Virus record (IMG/VR): IMGVR_UViG_3300035183_000733
Coordinates: 62,001-126,000 of that record
DNA: 64,000 nt
Direction: 5' to 3' (one strand)
Shown here: positions 20,877 to 30,550 of the stretch, in pieces
How the letters are laid out: each line of letters begins with the position of its first letter
How positions within the stretch are numbered: the first letter of the stretch is position 1
The notes under the pieces: generated by a model
The model's input: only the letters and a program-made list of their open reading frames with translations
The model's database searches: none
What the model was told of the DNA's origin: nothing
Program-made: the position numbers and the translations under genes

Positions 20877-21536
20877 TTAATGATGGTTGTCTATAGCAGT
20901 TGGGACCCGCTTGTCCATTATCTTCTTCAGTTCATCGAAGCTATACGGATAAAGATTGTTAGTATCAACTCCTACGTCCATGGTCCTTGCATTTGGTATC
21001 TCTGCAAGAGATCCGTGACTGTGTCCATAAAGGAACCACGAGCCCCTGTGTGACTGGTCCCACACCCTTGCCGAGTAGTGGAACATGCAGACCATCTGCC
21101 CGTCTATTAGGACCTCCATGTACGAGTCGCACCTCTTGAAATATCTTCTGAGGTTCTCGTCCCTACGGATGTTGTGGTCATGATTACCGTATATCAGGTA
21201 CACGTTCTTGCACACGAGCCTGTCCATAAATATCCCGACGTTCTCGCGTCCGCCGAACGCCACGTCGCCGAGAATGAACAGCACGTCCGTCTGTCTCACC
21301 GTCTCATTATACCTGCTCACGAGTGCCTCGTTCATGTCCTCGAGCGTCGCGAAATCTCTCAGTCCATTCTCTTTACAAAACGCGCTACGCGCATCTCTGT
21401 CAGTCCATTTGTTGTATGGTGTAGGCCAGTCCTCTGGCTTAATCCATGAACTAACCCCAGCCGTGATGTTTTTGTGTCCGTAATGACTATCGGCCGAGAA
21501 ATATACTTGGCATTCGTCAGTTTGTTGTATTTTCAT
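20877..21536 (-). CDS. Calcineurin-like metallophosphoesterase
   Basis: DSHYGH, LGDVA, GNHD, GHSH, DVGVD. Confidence 0.9.
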   Translation of the reverse strand: MKIQQTDECQVYFSADSHYGHKNITAGVSSWIKPEDWPTPYNKWTDRDARSAFCKENGLRDFATLEDMNEALVSRYNETVRQTDVLFILGDVAFGGRENVGIFMDRLVCKNVYLIYGNHDHNIRRDENLRRYFKRCDSYMEVLIDGQMVCMFHYSARVWDQSHRGSWFLYGHSHGSLAEIPNARTMDVGVDTNNLYPYSFDELKKIMDKRVPTAIDNHH

Positions 21537-21585
21537 TATTCAATTTTTTAATATTTACCGGCGCACAAGCCGGTGAAATTCCTAA

Positions 21586-21593
21586 CAAAGATA
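21586..21593 (-). promoter_or_regulatory. Bacteroidota-type -7 promoter box TATCTTTG
   Basis: Exact TAnnTTTG ~50 bp upstream of the 21536 start; similar boxes at 22315-22322 and 55201-55208. Confidence 0.6.
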
Positions 21594-21632
21594 CTATTTG
21601 TTTTTGTGTTAATCCTTGTTCGAAATATAATT

Positions 21633-22262
21633 TTAAATTAGCACTTTTTTACCCGGAGGCAGCTTGAGCGAGAACGATCTCCGGTGGTGCACCGTGTAAC
21701 CGTAGTCCGCTATTGCTTGGAGATGGGCCTCCGTTCCATACCCCTTGTTATTTTCCCACAGATACTGGGGGAACTGTTCGCCGAGCTTCGTCATCAACCT
21801 GTCTCTGTACACCTTCGCAATAACCGAGGCTGCCGCTATGTGGAGATACTTGTCGTCGCCTTTGACCACAGTGACGTGAGGTATGTTTCCATACGGCTTG
21901 AACTGATTGCCATCCGACACGATGAGGCTCACGCTATCGTGCCACATAGATAGGCTGTCTATGGCAAGGTGCATCGCCTTTATAGAAGCGTTCAGGATGT
22001 TCATCTCGTCTATCTTGGACGGCGAAACGACCCCGATGCCATACCCAATCACCATGTCATTATCCTCGGCGGTCAAGAACTCGTACGCCTTGTCCCGCGC
22101 CTTCTCGGTCATCTTCTTGGAATCGCGGATGCCATCGTACTTGAAGTTATCGCCGAGTATGACGGCAGCGGCCACTACCGGACCTGCGCAGCATCCTCGC
22201 CCAACCTCATCGGTGCCTATCTCGGTGCCGGAATCGTATTTAAGTTTAAGTTCCATTTCCAT
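21633..22262 (-). CDS. rnhB: Ribonuclease HII
   Basis: GTDEVGRG, GPVVAAAV, DSKK, DGN, KGD, IAAASVIAKV.RD, NKGYGT, HRRSF. Confidence 0.93.
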   Translation of the reverse strand: MEMELKLKYDSGTEIGTDEVGRGCCAGPVVAAAVILGDNFKYDGIRDSKKMTEKARDKAYEFLTAEDNDMVIGYGIGVVSPSKIDEMNILNASIKAMHLAIDSLSMWHDSVSLIVSDGNQFKPYGNIPHVTVVKGDDKYLHIAAASVIAKVYRDRLMTKLGEQFPQYLWENNKGYGTEAHLQAIADYGYTVHHRRSFSLKLPPGKKVLI

Positions 22263-22329
22263 TAAATGAAAAAAGGCCCTAAGTATTTTACCCAAGCCTC
22301 TTGAATTATCAATACAAATATACACATTT

Positions 22330-23043
22330 TTAGAACGGCAGTTCCGGTTCTGCCTCAATAACGCGGAAATAAGAATTGTTATCCCAGTACACATCCTCTC
22401 CGGAATCGAGGTCAAAACTGTCCCTGGAAACACGCACATACACCTTTCCAAATCTGTGCACATCCGAATCTGACGTATCAGCAAACTGTTCAAGATCCAT
22501 CTTTAGAATCCTATCGAGCTTCTGCTCGAACTCGCGCATCAAGGTTGCCTTTAGGTCCGCAACCCTCAGGTCGCTTCTTTCCCACTTGCCCACCATCACT
22601 CCTGCAGGCTCTATGATAGAGTCCCTGTCGAATCTCGCATCGGCAATGCGATCCAGCTCAATCTTAGTCAGTATCGTCCTCGTCAGTTTGAAGTTCACCT
22701 CGGACGTCGTAGGCGGCAGCAAATAAACACCATGGTTCATGTTCTGCATGTTCTCCTTGAACACCCCAGGTGTGAATGCGATGGAGTATATGCGTACCTT
22801 ACTTCTCGGCTTGAACATGTTGTTAAGCTGAACGGTCACGCACAGGTTACCGTCATCGACCGAACCGTAGACCGAATCGTAGAATGGACTGTCGAGCACT
22901 TCGATCTCGCATCCCGAGAAAAGAGGCATTCTCTCGAGCGCGTCAACAACCCCCCTCAGCTGGTCGCCCTGGTACGTGAATGTGTCGGCGATTGCCGGAC
23001 GCATATCCTCATACAGCTTCTGTATTTCGTTATCCTTGAGCAT
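22330..23043 (-). CDS. Hypothetical protein
   Basis: 237-aa ORF coupled to the clamp gene. Confidence 0.7.
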   Translation of the reverse strand: MLKDNEIQKLYEDMRPAIADTFTYQGDQLRGVVDALERMPLFSGCEIEVLDSPFYDSVYGSVDDGNLCVTVQLNNMFKPRSKVRIYSIAFTPGVFKENMQNMNHGVYLLPPTTSEVNFKLTRTILTKIELDRIADARFDRDSIIEPAGVMVGKWERSDLRVADLKATLMREFEQKLDRILKMDLEQFADTSDSDVHRFGKVYVRVSRDSFDLDSGEDVYWDNNSYFRVIEAEPELPF

Positions 23044-23810
23044 CAGTCAACCCTCCCTATTACGATTAAAGTGTCAGACTCCTGTGACTTCACGACGAGC
23101 TTCGAGTTACCTACCACAAAGGTCGAAATCTCTGGCTCCACCATAGAGAAGTGCTCGTTGAGGATAGCGAAATCTATGTTCGCGTCCTTTGGAACATTGC
23201 CGACCTCGTACTCGAACGACTTGCCCTTGAATACCACCTTGCCATCATTTATCTTGATGTTAAGAAAGTCCTTCACTGAGTCGATCTTACACAGTGAGTT
23301 GATCTTGGCGAAAGACTCCTTAGGAAACGGGAAATCAATGACCTTGTCGTCCATGGCAGCCTTCACGATGCGCTTAATCATCTCACTGCTAATGTATGTC
23401 AACAGCGACAAGTCTGCGCACTCAACCCTGATCCTTAGTGAGTCTGTGTGGAATAGAATCTCAGTGCCAACGTACTCTTCGGATATTACCTCGTACTTGA
23501 TGTCGACGAAAATTTCGTCCGCCTCGGAGAAGTGGTTGAACACATTGATTATTTTGCCGATGTCGAACACCGCAACCTTCATTAGGTCAGCGGGCACTTT
23601 GCCCTCCAAAACGTCACCTATCGCGAGCTTGGAGTACTTGACTATACACTTGTCGCCGGTGTACGACTTCGCCTGTATAGTATCCGGTGTTATCTCTATC
23701 AGCAGGTTCTTGTCAATGGTGGAGAACCTCTTGAGGAACGATATTAAGTTCGACGAGCTCTTGAGCTTGAACTTGGCGACGTTCGTCTTTGTTTTTGTAG
23801 CGGTAGCCAT
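23043..23810 (-). CDS. DNA polymerase sliding clamp (gp45-like)
   Basis: FLKRFSTIDKNLLI resembles the gp45 N-terminus; size ~255 aa; lies in the replication cluster. Confidence 0.7.
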   Translation of the reverse strand: MATATKTKTNVAKFKLKSSSNLISFLKRFSTIDKNLLIEITPDTIQAKSYTGDKCIVKYSKLAIGDVLEGKVPADLMKVAVFDIGKIINVFNHFSEADEIFVDIKYEVISEEYVGTEILFHTDSLRIRVECADLSLLTYISSEMIKRIVKAAMDDKVIDFPFPKESFAKINSLCKIDSVKDFLNIKINDGKVVFKGKSFEYEVGNVPKDANIDFAILNEHFSMVEPEISTFVVGNSKLVVKSQESDTLIVIGRVD

Positions 23811-23880
23811 GCCTTTCTTATTTGTCTTATTGTTTATACGGTAAACTGATTGTTTGTTTCATCGCGTGCGGCGGAAATTA

Positions 23881-25278
23881 TTAGTCCTCGTCCTCCTCGA
23901 TTTCGTCCCCAGTCTCATCCTCGTCTTCACCGTTATACACCTCCACGCCGTCAATGCTCATAGGCTGGTCGTCGAAGAGCGGCACGGACTTCATGTTGAT
24001 CTTACCCTTTGACACAAATGTCTTCTCGAGAGCCTTGCACTTCTTGAGCTGTTCCTCTATGGTTTTCTTCTGGTCGCGTATTTGCTTCTCGAGCTCCTTG
24101 ATTTCCTCCTCCGTCTTCTTAACCGTCTCCGGTGACAGGGCGGTGAGCTTTATGTTATCGAGGCGTGCCGCTATTTTCTTGTTGTATTTTGATATGAATA
24201 CTTTGATCTCCTCGTTCTTGCGCTTCTTCTCCATCATGAACAACAAGAATTCCCTCTTGGCCCTCAAGTAGTCGAGCTCCTCATTGTACACGTGAAGGTC
24301 GTACACCATCCGGTTGTGTATGACGCGCTCCCTGTGCACCTTGAACTCGTCAAGGTAATCACTTATGCTCTCGTACTCTATGACGGAACCGTCCTTAACG
24401 AATATCAGACCCTCAACCACGACAAGCTTCGTCAGTTTCTCTATATCCTCGCACACCGCGGCAAACGTGGATTTATCCCTCCACCTGATGGTGATGTCGA
24501 CTTCCTTCTTGGAGTTGTTCTCTATCTTGATATAGTTGTCGCCGTGCTTCGCAAGCTTCTCGTGCATCCTTACTATGAACGAATCGTACTTCATGAGCGG
24601 CGGGAGATCACCAATGTGCATGGTCATCTTGGCGTCGTCTTTCTCGAACTGCCCCTCTATGAGCCAGGCCTTGTCGAGACCGTTGTGCTTCTTGATGTTG
24701 CCCTTGAACCCAACGAAGTATGGTTTAAGCTGCTTGTTCTCGCCGTTCAAGTATTTTATTACGTCATCCATCTTACGAGGCAGGATGTTGGACCTGTACC
24801 CAACCGCGATACCGACGATGTGCGTGTACAACCCTATTGGCACATCGAGATTCAAGAACTCGAAATTACCTTCCATGTTCCTTACGTTTAACGGCGCGTA
24901 CTTGTCCAGTATCTCTTTGATATGCGGGTCGCTCTTAACCTTTGTGTACCTGGTGGATGCCGGTCTCGGCCGCACCGGGCTTCCGAAGAATCCGTCACCT
25001 ATTATCATGGAGCGCGAGCATCCGAATGGTCGAGCCAGTTTGTTTATAGCCTTCGACAAGCTCATATCGCCGTGGTGATACAGGCCCGTGGCCATTACCG
25101 ACCCAACGAGCGCGACTGTGGTCTGAAACCTCTCGGGCACGTGCAGCAGTATCAATCGCTGAACCGGAGTTATCGAATCGTAGAAGTTCGGGATGCCGCG
25201 ACTCTGAATAACGTACATCGAGTACGTGCGGTAGTCCGTATTTATCTGCTCCTTAATTCCTATTGTAGTTATATCCAT
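23881..25278 (-). CDS. DNA topoisomerase II, breakage-reunion subunit (gp52/GyrA-like)
   Basis: SRGIPNFYDS.TPVQR, YHHGD, GFFGS, ASTRYT catalytic Tyr, GIAVGY. Confidence 0.93.
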   Translation of the reverse strand: MDITTIGIKEQINTDYRTYSMYVIQSRGIPNFYDSITPVQRLILLHVPERFQTTVALVGSVMATGLYHHGDMSLSKAINKLARPFGCSRSMIIGDGFFGSPVRPRPASTRYTKVKSDPHIKEILDKYAPLNVRNMEGNFEFLNLDVPIGLYTHIVGIAVGYRSNILPRKMDDVIKYLNGENKQLKPYFVGFKGNIKKHNGLDKAWLIEGQFEKDDAKMTMHIGDLPPLMKYDSFIVRMHEKLAKHGDNYIKIENNSKKEVDITIRWRDKSTFAAVCEDIEKLTKLVVVEGLIFVKDGSVIEYESISDYLDEFKVHRERVIHNRMVYDLHVYNEELDYLRAKREFLLFMMEKKRKNEEIKVFISKYNKKIAARLDNIKLTALSPETVKKTEEEIKELEKQIRDQKKTIEEQLKKCKALEKTFVSKGKINMKSVPLFDDQPMSIDGVEVYNGEDEDETGDEIEEDED

Positions 25279-25348
25279 TTCTCTCTCTTATTACTTGTAC
25301 AATTTGTTCGAAGAAGTACCTTCTTGACCTCCATCGATGTATTCCATG

Positions 25349-27157
25349 TTATTCAAATTCGTTTGACAACCATTTCTTTCTCGGTGCCGAGTCCATACCG
25401 AATGCCATGTCCAGGAACTTCTTAGCATCCTCTCCACGCTGGATCTGTAACAATTGCTTGTTCGCCATTATGTGCTCCCAATCCTCCTCAGCAAGAGACC
25501 CGAGACCCTTGAGGAACCTAAGACCCTTGTACGATTTCTTCTTGCGCTGAAACTCCTCGAACTCTTTCTTGTCGAAGAAGTACTGCCTGCTTTTGCCCTC
25601 GTCTATAGACATGAGTGGAATCTTAAGCCTGTACAACTTGCCCTCGTCGATTATGTATGGGAACCACCTGTAGAACAAATTGACGAGCAGCGAGCAGATG
25701 TGCCCTCCGTCCTCGTCGGAATCGGACGCTATTATTATTCGCTTGTATGTGAAGTGGTTGCGCTTATTAGGGTCGAGGTCGAGGTCGAGTATCTGCATCA
25801 GTGCTACGATCTCCTCGTTGCCAGACAGGTCCGATACGGAGCGCACGTTGTTTATCTTACCCTTTAGCGAGTACACACCGTCAGTCTTCGTATCACGCTT
25901 CTGCAGGATAGAACCCATAGCGGACTCGCCCTCGACTATGAACAGGTTCTCTATCCTCCCAGAGGGCGGGAAGTACTTGGAAGACTTCTTCATGTTTGTC
26001 TTCTTCTTAACGTTCCTGAGCTTGTTGACCTCGGTGGACATCTTACGGTCCTCAACCCTCTTCAGGATTTTCTGGAACAAGTCGGTTGTGTAGAACTGCT
26101 GGAGCCCCCTTCTGAAGTTTTCTAATATGGTTCCCTCAACGTCGTCTCTCGTGGACGCGAGCCTGGTCTTGTTCTGGTCCTGGAACCTCACCAATTTCGG
26201 CGGGAGGTTGAGCACGAAGAACGTCTCGTAGAAGTGGTGACCAAGCGTGTCGTCGAGCTCCTTGTTGATGTTCTCGTTTATGATCCTCTGATGTATACCA
26301 GTACACATAGCAGAGTTCACGAACGACAAGGACCCAGACGAGTCATAGCTCTCGTACAGTATCAAGTGTCCGAGCTTTGATTTGTAGACAAATGCCGATG
26401 ACGGGTAGAACGGCACGTCGAGCGCAAGCTTCTCGCCATCAAAGAACACCTCGAACTTAAGTGACGCAAGGAACTCGTCCTGCTTGAGGAGAAAATTCTT
26501 GAATATCATCTGTGTCCTTATTATGTCCTTGTTCCATCTCGCCTTCTTGAATATATCCTTGCGCGGTATGAAACCAACCTTCGTGCCGGTAGTCACCTGT
26601 ATGCCCTTCGACACGGTTGTATTGTTGGACTTGAAGTTATTCCACTCCTTGTGAAAGTATGATTCTTTGTTACGCGTCTCAATGTAGAACTTGCTCGACA
26701 GCATGTTAACGAGCGCAGCACCAACTCCATTAGTACCTATAAGCGCGTCATTTATGTTGTCGTTGTTGAAGTTGGAACCGGCCCTCAGCTGGCTTATCGC
26801 GGTCTCGATGTTGGTCAGGCCCGACTTCTTGTTTATCGCGGTCCCGTTATGGAATCCTTCTCCGCCGTCGATAATCTCCACGAGGTTGTTCGTCGAATCG
26901 ATGGTAACCTTTATGGACTTCATCTTTCCCTTCAGTCGCTTTGCCTCGTCCACCGCGTTGTCGAGTATCTCGTGAAACAGCTTGTAAAAACCAACTGATA
27001 TGTCGTGTTGCTCCATGACTATCCTGCCATCGCGGACGATTGGTATCTTCTCCTCGGTTAGCTCCACTGCACCGACATACATAGTCGGTCTCTGTAATAC
27101 GTGCTCGTGCTCGTCGAGTACTACTATTTCCTTATTATTAGACTGTTTGCTTGACAT
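25349..27157 (-). CDS. DNA topoisomerase II, ATPase/TOPRIM subunit (gp39+60/GyrB-like)
   Basis: EHVLQRPTMYVG, EILDNAVDE, GTNGVGA, VEGESA, LKGK, DSDEDGGHI, KGLG. Confidence 0.95.
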   Translation of the reverse strand: MSSKQSNNKEIVVLDEHEHVLQRPTMYVGAVELTEEKIPIVRDGRIVMEQHDISVGFYKLFHEILDNAVDEAKRLKGKMKSIKVTIDSTNNLVEIIDGGEGFHNGTAINKKSGLTNIETAISQLRAGSNFNNDNINDALIGTNGVGAALVNMLSSKFYIETRNKESYFHKEWNNFKSNNTTVSKGIQVTTGTKVGFIPRKDIFKKARWNKDIIRTQMIFKNFLLKQDEFLASLKFEVFFDGEKLALDVPFYPSSAFVYKSKLGHLILYESYDSSGSLSFVNSAMCTGIHQRIINENINKELDDTLGHHFYETFFVLNLPPKLVRFQDQNKTRLASTRDDVEGTILENFRRGLQQFYTTDLFQKILKRVEDRKMSTEVNKLRNVKKKTNMKKSSKYFPPSGRIENLFIVEGESAMGSILQKRDTKTDGVYSLKGKINNVRSVSDLSGNEEIVALMQILDLDLDPNKRNHFTYKRIIIASDSDEDGGHICSLLVNLFYRWFPYIIDEGKLYRLKIPLMSIDEGKSRQYFFDKKEFEEFQRKKKSYKGLRFLKGLGSLAEEDWEHIMANKQLLQIQRGEDAKKFLDMAFGMDSAPRKKWLSNEFE

Positions 27158-27470
27158 GATAAAATTCGAGTACGTTTTTGATTGTGTCCATCAGTATATT
27201 GTTGTCGACCGACATCCCGGAATGTACCGCCTTACCATCGAAGAACAACGGCGACCTGTTACCGGAGGACATGCAGTAAAAATATGATTTTCTTTCGGAA
27301 TTAGAAACTACGAGGTGGATCCTCTCGTCCAACCACTCACAATTGAATGTCGGGTAAATGACGTAATGATCCTTACCTGGCAAGTCGTTGCCAGGCGGGA
27401 CGCGCCATAACTTATACGCAAGACCTTCAGATACAAGGTCCATGACGTTTTCAATGTGTATATCAACCAT
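27138..27470 (-). CDS. Hypothetical protein
   Basis: 110-aa ORF in the operon. Confidence 0.6.
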   Translation of the reverse strand: MVDIHIENVMDLVSEGLAYKLWRVPPGNDLPGKDHYVIYPTFNCEWLDERIHLVVSNSERKSYFYCMSSGNRSPLFFDGKAVHSGMSVDNNILMDTIKNVLEFYHVKQTV

Positions 27471-27500
27471 GGTAATTTTAGGTCAATATACGAAAAAGTT

Positions 27501-27887
27501 TCAGATTAAAATCCGCATGTGGCGCTTGAAGAAGCGTTTCCACTCTATAAAAGTTTCCTTGTGGTTCATCGTGCCACCAACGTATAGGTACTGATATTGG
27601 TGAACCATCTCGTGCGCAAGTGTGGATATGAAGAGCTCCCGGTTGTCGATTGTCTCGTTGATGCTTATCACTATCTCGTTACCATTGTCGCCCTCACAGA
27701 GACCCCATGCGCCGCGTAAACGGCGGATCTTGAATACCGGCATTGGGAGCTTGTTCCTGAATGCGGCCCTGTTGATCACCCCAAACCAGTACACGATGTG
27801 ACGATCGGTGAACTGGAAGTCATTCCCGTTCTTGTATCGCGTCACGTGCGACTTAACCTTCTTCTTCGCTGCCGATGAGCTAAGCAT
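27501..27887 (-). CDS. SprT-like zinc metalloprotease
   Basis: TLAHEMVHQYQ, downstream H...F..W. Confidence 0.85.
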   Translation of the reverse strand: MLSSSAAKKKVKSHVTRYKNGNDFQFTDRHIVYWFGVINRAAFRNKLPMPVFKIRRLRGAWGLCEGDNGNEIVISINETIDNRELFISTLAHEMVHQYQYLYVGGTMNHKETFIEWKRFFKRHMRILI

Positions 27888-27950
27888 AGTTCCTTGAGAT
27901 GGTTAGTTTTGCTGGGTTTGGGTCTTTATCCCATATCTTATATATCAAAT

Positions 27951-27975
27951 AAAAAACCGGCCCTAAGCCGGTTTT
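27951..27975 (-). terminator. Intrinsic terminator
   Basis: AAAACCGGC-CCTAA-GCCGGTTTT. Confidence 0.75.
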
Positions 27976-28020
27976 CCATATTTTTACAAATTTTATTTAC
28001 TTAGTAACTTTAAGCCTTCT

Positions 28021-28344
28021 TTAATCCAGAAAACCATTTTTCAACCATCGGTGTAGCCATTTTCCGAGTCCGGGTATTTCGGATCCTGGGAAATTTTTCT
28101 CGCCGCTGTGCAACGAATACCTGGACCGGACGAGTACTGCGCACTGATGCTGCCGCAAAAGAGGTAAAACGTTTTTTTCGCAGCGCCAAAGAAAGAAATC
28201 TGCGCCACGGTTTTTGTCATCGTCTAAATGGACAATTCTTACCCACCCTATCCGTCCATTATCATAAACTTTCTGCTCTGCTTGTTCTTGATTTTCTGCT
28301 CCACATATACCATATTCGTGTATTAACCGTAGTGCCTTTTGCAA
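28021..28344 (-). other. Doubtful ORF or gene remnant downstream of the repeat array
   Basis: TTG-start ORF with atypical codon usage; an alternative frame contains DPKYPDS, similar to the upstream gene's NVNYPGS. Confidence 0.3.
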
Positions 28345-28345
28345 T

Positions 28346-28502
28346 TACACTTATCAATTCATTTTGAAGTGCTTTTCCAGCGGCTCGTGCGGCTCAGGAG
28401 TAGCATCGTCGCTGCGACACCCTTCATTTTGAAGTGCTTTTCCTGGTTGTAGTTTATATGAAAAAGGCTGCGACACCCTTCATTTTGAAGTGCTTTCCGA
28501 GC
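28346..28502 (-). CRISPR. CRISPR-like mini-array: 3 x 36-nt repeats, 2 spacers, no cas gene in window
   Basis: Repeats at 28467-28502, 28411-28446 and degenerate 28346-28381; + strand consensus GCTGCGACACCCTTCATTTTGAAGTGCTTTTCCAGC; spacers of 20 and 29 nt. Confidence 0.55.
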
Positions 28503-28693
28503 GCACTTTTTATAAAGTCTTGAATCTGAACATAGTTCATATTAAATTCATCTTCAAAAATCTTCCAAAATAGATGGTAGTTTAAAAACACTCTATCATT
28601 TTCAATTTCAAACATAAATTTGTCGTCTCGGAAATATAATATGCTGCCAGGATAATTCACATTGTCTATCTTAACATCTCTGATAAAGTTCAT
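28454..28693 (-). CDS. Small hypothetical protein whose 3' end is repeat 1 of the array
   Basis: MNFIRDVKIDNVNYPGSILYF...WKIFEDEFNMNYVQIQDFIKSALGKHFKMKGVAAFFI; AT-rich; the ORF track extends it to 28825. Confidence 0.7.
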   Translation of the reverse strand: MNFIRDVKIDNVNYPGSILYFRDDKFMFEIENDRVFLNYHLFWKIFEDEFNMNYVQIQDFIKSALGKHFKMKGVAAFFI

Positions 28694-28779
28694 TTCCTCC
28701 GAAGAAAAAACAGGTAACAATGGTTTTGCGTCAGGCTGTGGTTCGGCAGTATCATCTGGTACAGATGCTTCGCACGGTC

Positions 28780-29502
28780 CTAGTCGTTCTTTGCGAAATT
28801 GGGCACCATCTGTTCGTGGAACCACTGGTCGTCCTTGTCCTCCATGGCGCTAATTATGCAGCGCTGCGTGCCGTGGTAGAACACCTTGATGCTGCGGCCG
28901 TTCAACTTCATCTCGCGGATGCTGTTACCGCATCCCACGTCCTTTATCACCCGTGCGTTGCGCACGGTCTTCTGCAGGTGACCGAACTGCTCCTTGGTTA
29001 TGCTTAGCCCGTATCTCTCTTGCAATCTCTTTGACACCTTTTCGAAATATCTGTCGTATTTGCTCGGTGCGGGTCCACCATGCTTAGCTTGGAACTCGTG
29101 CATAGGCATGTCCTTCTTCTTGACGTTGCATATCTCGCACATAGGCTGTAAGTTCTCTATCTCGTCGCTGCCGCCCTTAGACCGAGCATGTATGTGGTCC
29201 TTTGTCATAAGTATCTCGGTCCCGTACTCATTTACGCCGTAGAGATTGAGGTGCCACTCGTTGAATATGGAGTTGCCCTTGCCCATCCTCTCTATGCGGA
29301 AGAATGCGCCCTTGAGTTCGCAATGGACGCAGTCGCATCCCTTGGCCGCGTACAGCCTCACATTAAGCATACCGATGTTAACCTCCGCGCCGTCGAACCA
29401 GGCGGACGTGAATTTTGGGGTGTCTGGCGTTACCTTGGACAGAACCTCATTGAGTGGAATTTTCCTTCCGTTGTAATTCTCTTTAATTCTCATATATTTC
29501 AT
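28780..29502 (-). CDS. HNH endonuclease domain protein
   Basis: CVHC...TKDHIHARSKGGSDEIENLQPMCEICNVKK. Confidence 0.88.
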   Translation of the reverse strand: MKYMRIKENYNGRKIPLNEVLSKVTPDTPKFTSAWFDGAEVNIGMLNVRLYAAKGCDCVHCELKGAFFRIERMGKGNSIFNEWHLNLYGVNEYGTEILMTKDHIHARSKGGSDEIENLQPMCEICNVKKKDMPMHEFQAKHGGPAPSKYDRYFEKVSKRLQERYGLSITKEQFGHLQKTVRNARVIKDVGCGNSIREMKLNGRSIKVFYHGTQRCIISAMEDKDDQWFHEQMVPNFAKND

Positions 29503-29504
29503 AA

Positions 29505-29593
29505 ATACGGGCAGTCGCCTCGTAGCGCACTCGCGCCGATGGGGCTACTATGTAAGCGGCGAACCTGTTTAATCGGTTCTCGATTCTGCCGTA
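29505..29593 (-). ncRNA. Candidate structured 5'-leader RNA
   Basis: Nested stems GGCAG/CUGCC, GAACC/GGUUC, CGCC/GGCG, GUAGC/GCUAC between a TAAATTCG box (29602-29609) and the HNH start. Confidence 0.4.
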
Positions 29594-29649
29594 AAACTTT
29601 ACGAATTTAGATATTATTTTTGACATAATTTTTTGTTTTTGGAATTTTG

Positions 29650-29952
29650 TTATTTCTTTTTACGATTAGCAGTGTCGTTCTTGTCGTAGTAGTCGGGCTC
29701 CTTCTTCTGGACCCACGCTATGAACTTCTGCATGTCCGGGTGCGCAATGACCTTGTTGGGGTCGTTGAACTCTTTCTCGAGCTCCTTCTCAGTCCACAGC
29801 GAGTGAATCTTGCGGTGACATATCTTGTGTAGGTACTCGGAGTCCTTCCCACCGCGGCACTTCGGTGTAAAGTGGTGCTTATCGATGGATGGACCTTTCC
29901 ACATATCCCGCTCGCAAATCGGGCACTGTCCTATTACTACTGGATCGCTCAT
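29650..29952 (-). CDS. Small HNH-family protein
   Basis: CPIC, HHFTPK, LHKICHRKIH. Confidence 0.8.
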   Translation of the reverse strand: MSDPVVIGQCPICERDMWKGPSIDKHHFTPKCRGGKDSEYLHKICHRKIHSLWTEKELEKEFNDPNKVIAHPDMQKFIAWVQKKEPDYYDKNDTANRKKK

Positions 29953-29998
29953 GCCAACTTTATTCAGCTTCTTGGTGATGATGCTTCCTTATATACGA

Positions 29999-30184
29999 CT
30001 ATACGAATTCAAACGCTGCACACAATTCGGCAGACGGAGTTAGGACATCAAGCACCTGGTTCTCGAACTTGCCGATGTCTTTCCCATCAACCATCAAGTT
30101 GATCTTCATCTTGTCGAGTTCCATCTCGACCATCTTCGGGATGCCGTACTCGTCACACTCGCACTTTCCGCTATTGTCCGTCAA
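29999..30184 (-). CDS. Small hypothetical protein
   Basis: 61-aa ORF with phage codon usage; start uncertain. Confidence 0.45.
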   Translation of the reverse strand: MTDNSGKCECDEYGIPKMVEMELDKMKINLMVDGKDIGKFENQVLDVLTPSAELCAAFEFV

Positions 30185-30280
30185 AACAAATCTTCCACGG
30201 GAAGTCTTCTTTATTCACGGGTCTTAGCGCGCTTAGGCTTCTGCTCTACCATCTGCTCTACCATCTGTTTTATGTTGTGG

Positions 30281-30550
30281 TTACTTTTTGATCCAGGTAC
30301 CGTCTTTCAGTTGCACGCACTTTTCGCGTCTCACCATGATGGTGGTCCTTGCGTCTATTTTAACTGGCACCTTGTCGCTGTCCGCCGACTTAGAAATGGC
30401 CGAGCTCTCCGATTTCTGCTGTTCTGCCCACTTCCTCTCCCTCTTGTCCTTCTCCACAGTGGATTTCATTTTCCGGTTCACTCGCTTCATAGCCTCGGCT
30501 CTTAGCGCCTTTAATTGCTCTGGTGTCAGTTCGCTCATTTTTATGCTCAT
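30281..30550 (-). CDS. Basic hypothetical protein
   Basis: C-terminal KVPVKIDARTTIMVRREKCVQLKDGTWIKK is duplicated in the upstream ORF. Confidence 0.7.
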   Translation of the reverse strand: MSIKMSELTPEQLKALRAEAMKRVNRKMKSTVEKDKRERKWAEQQKSESSAISKSADSDKVPVKIDARTTIMVRREKCVQLKDGTWIKK

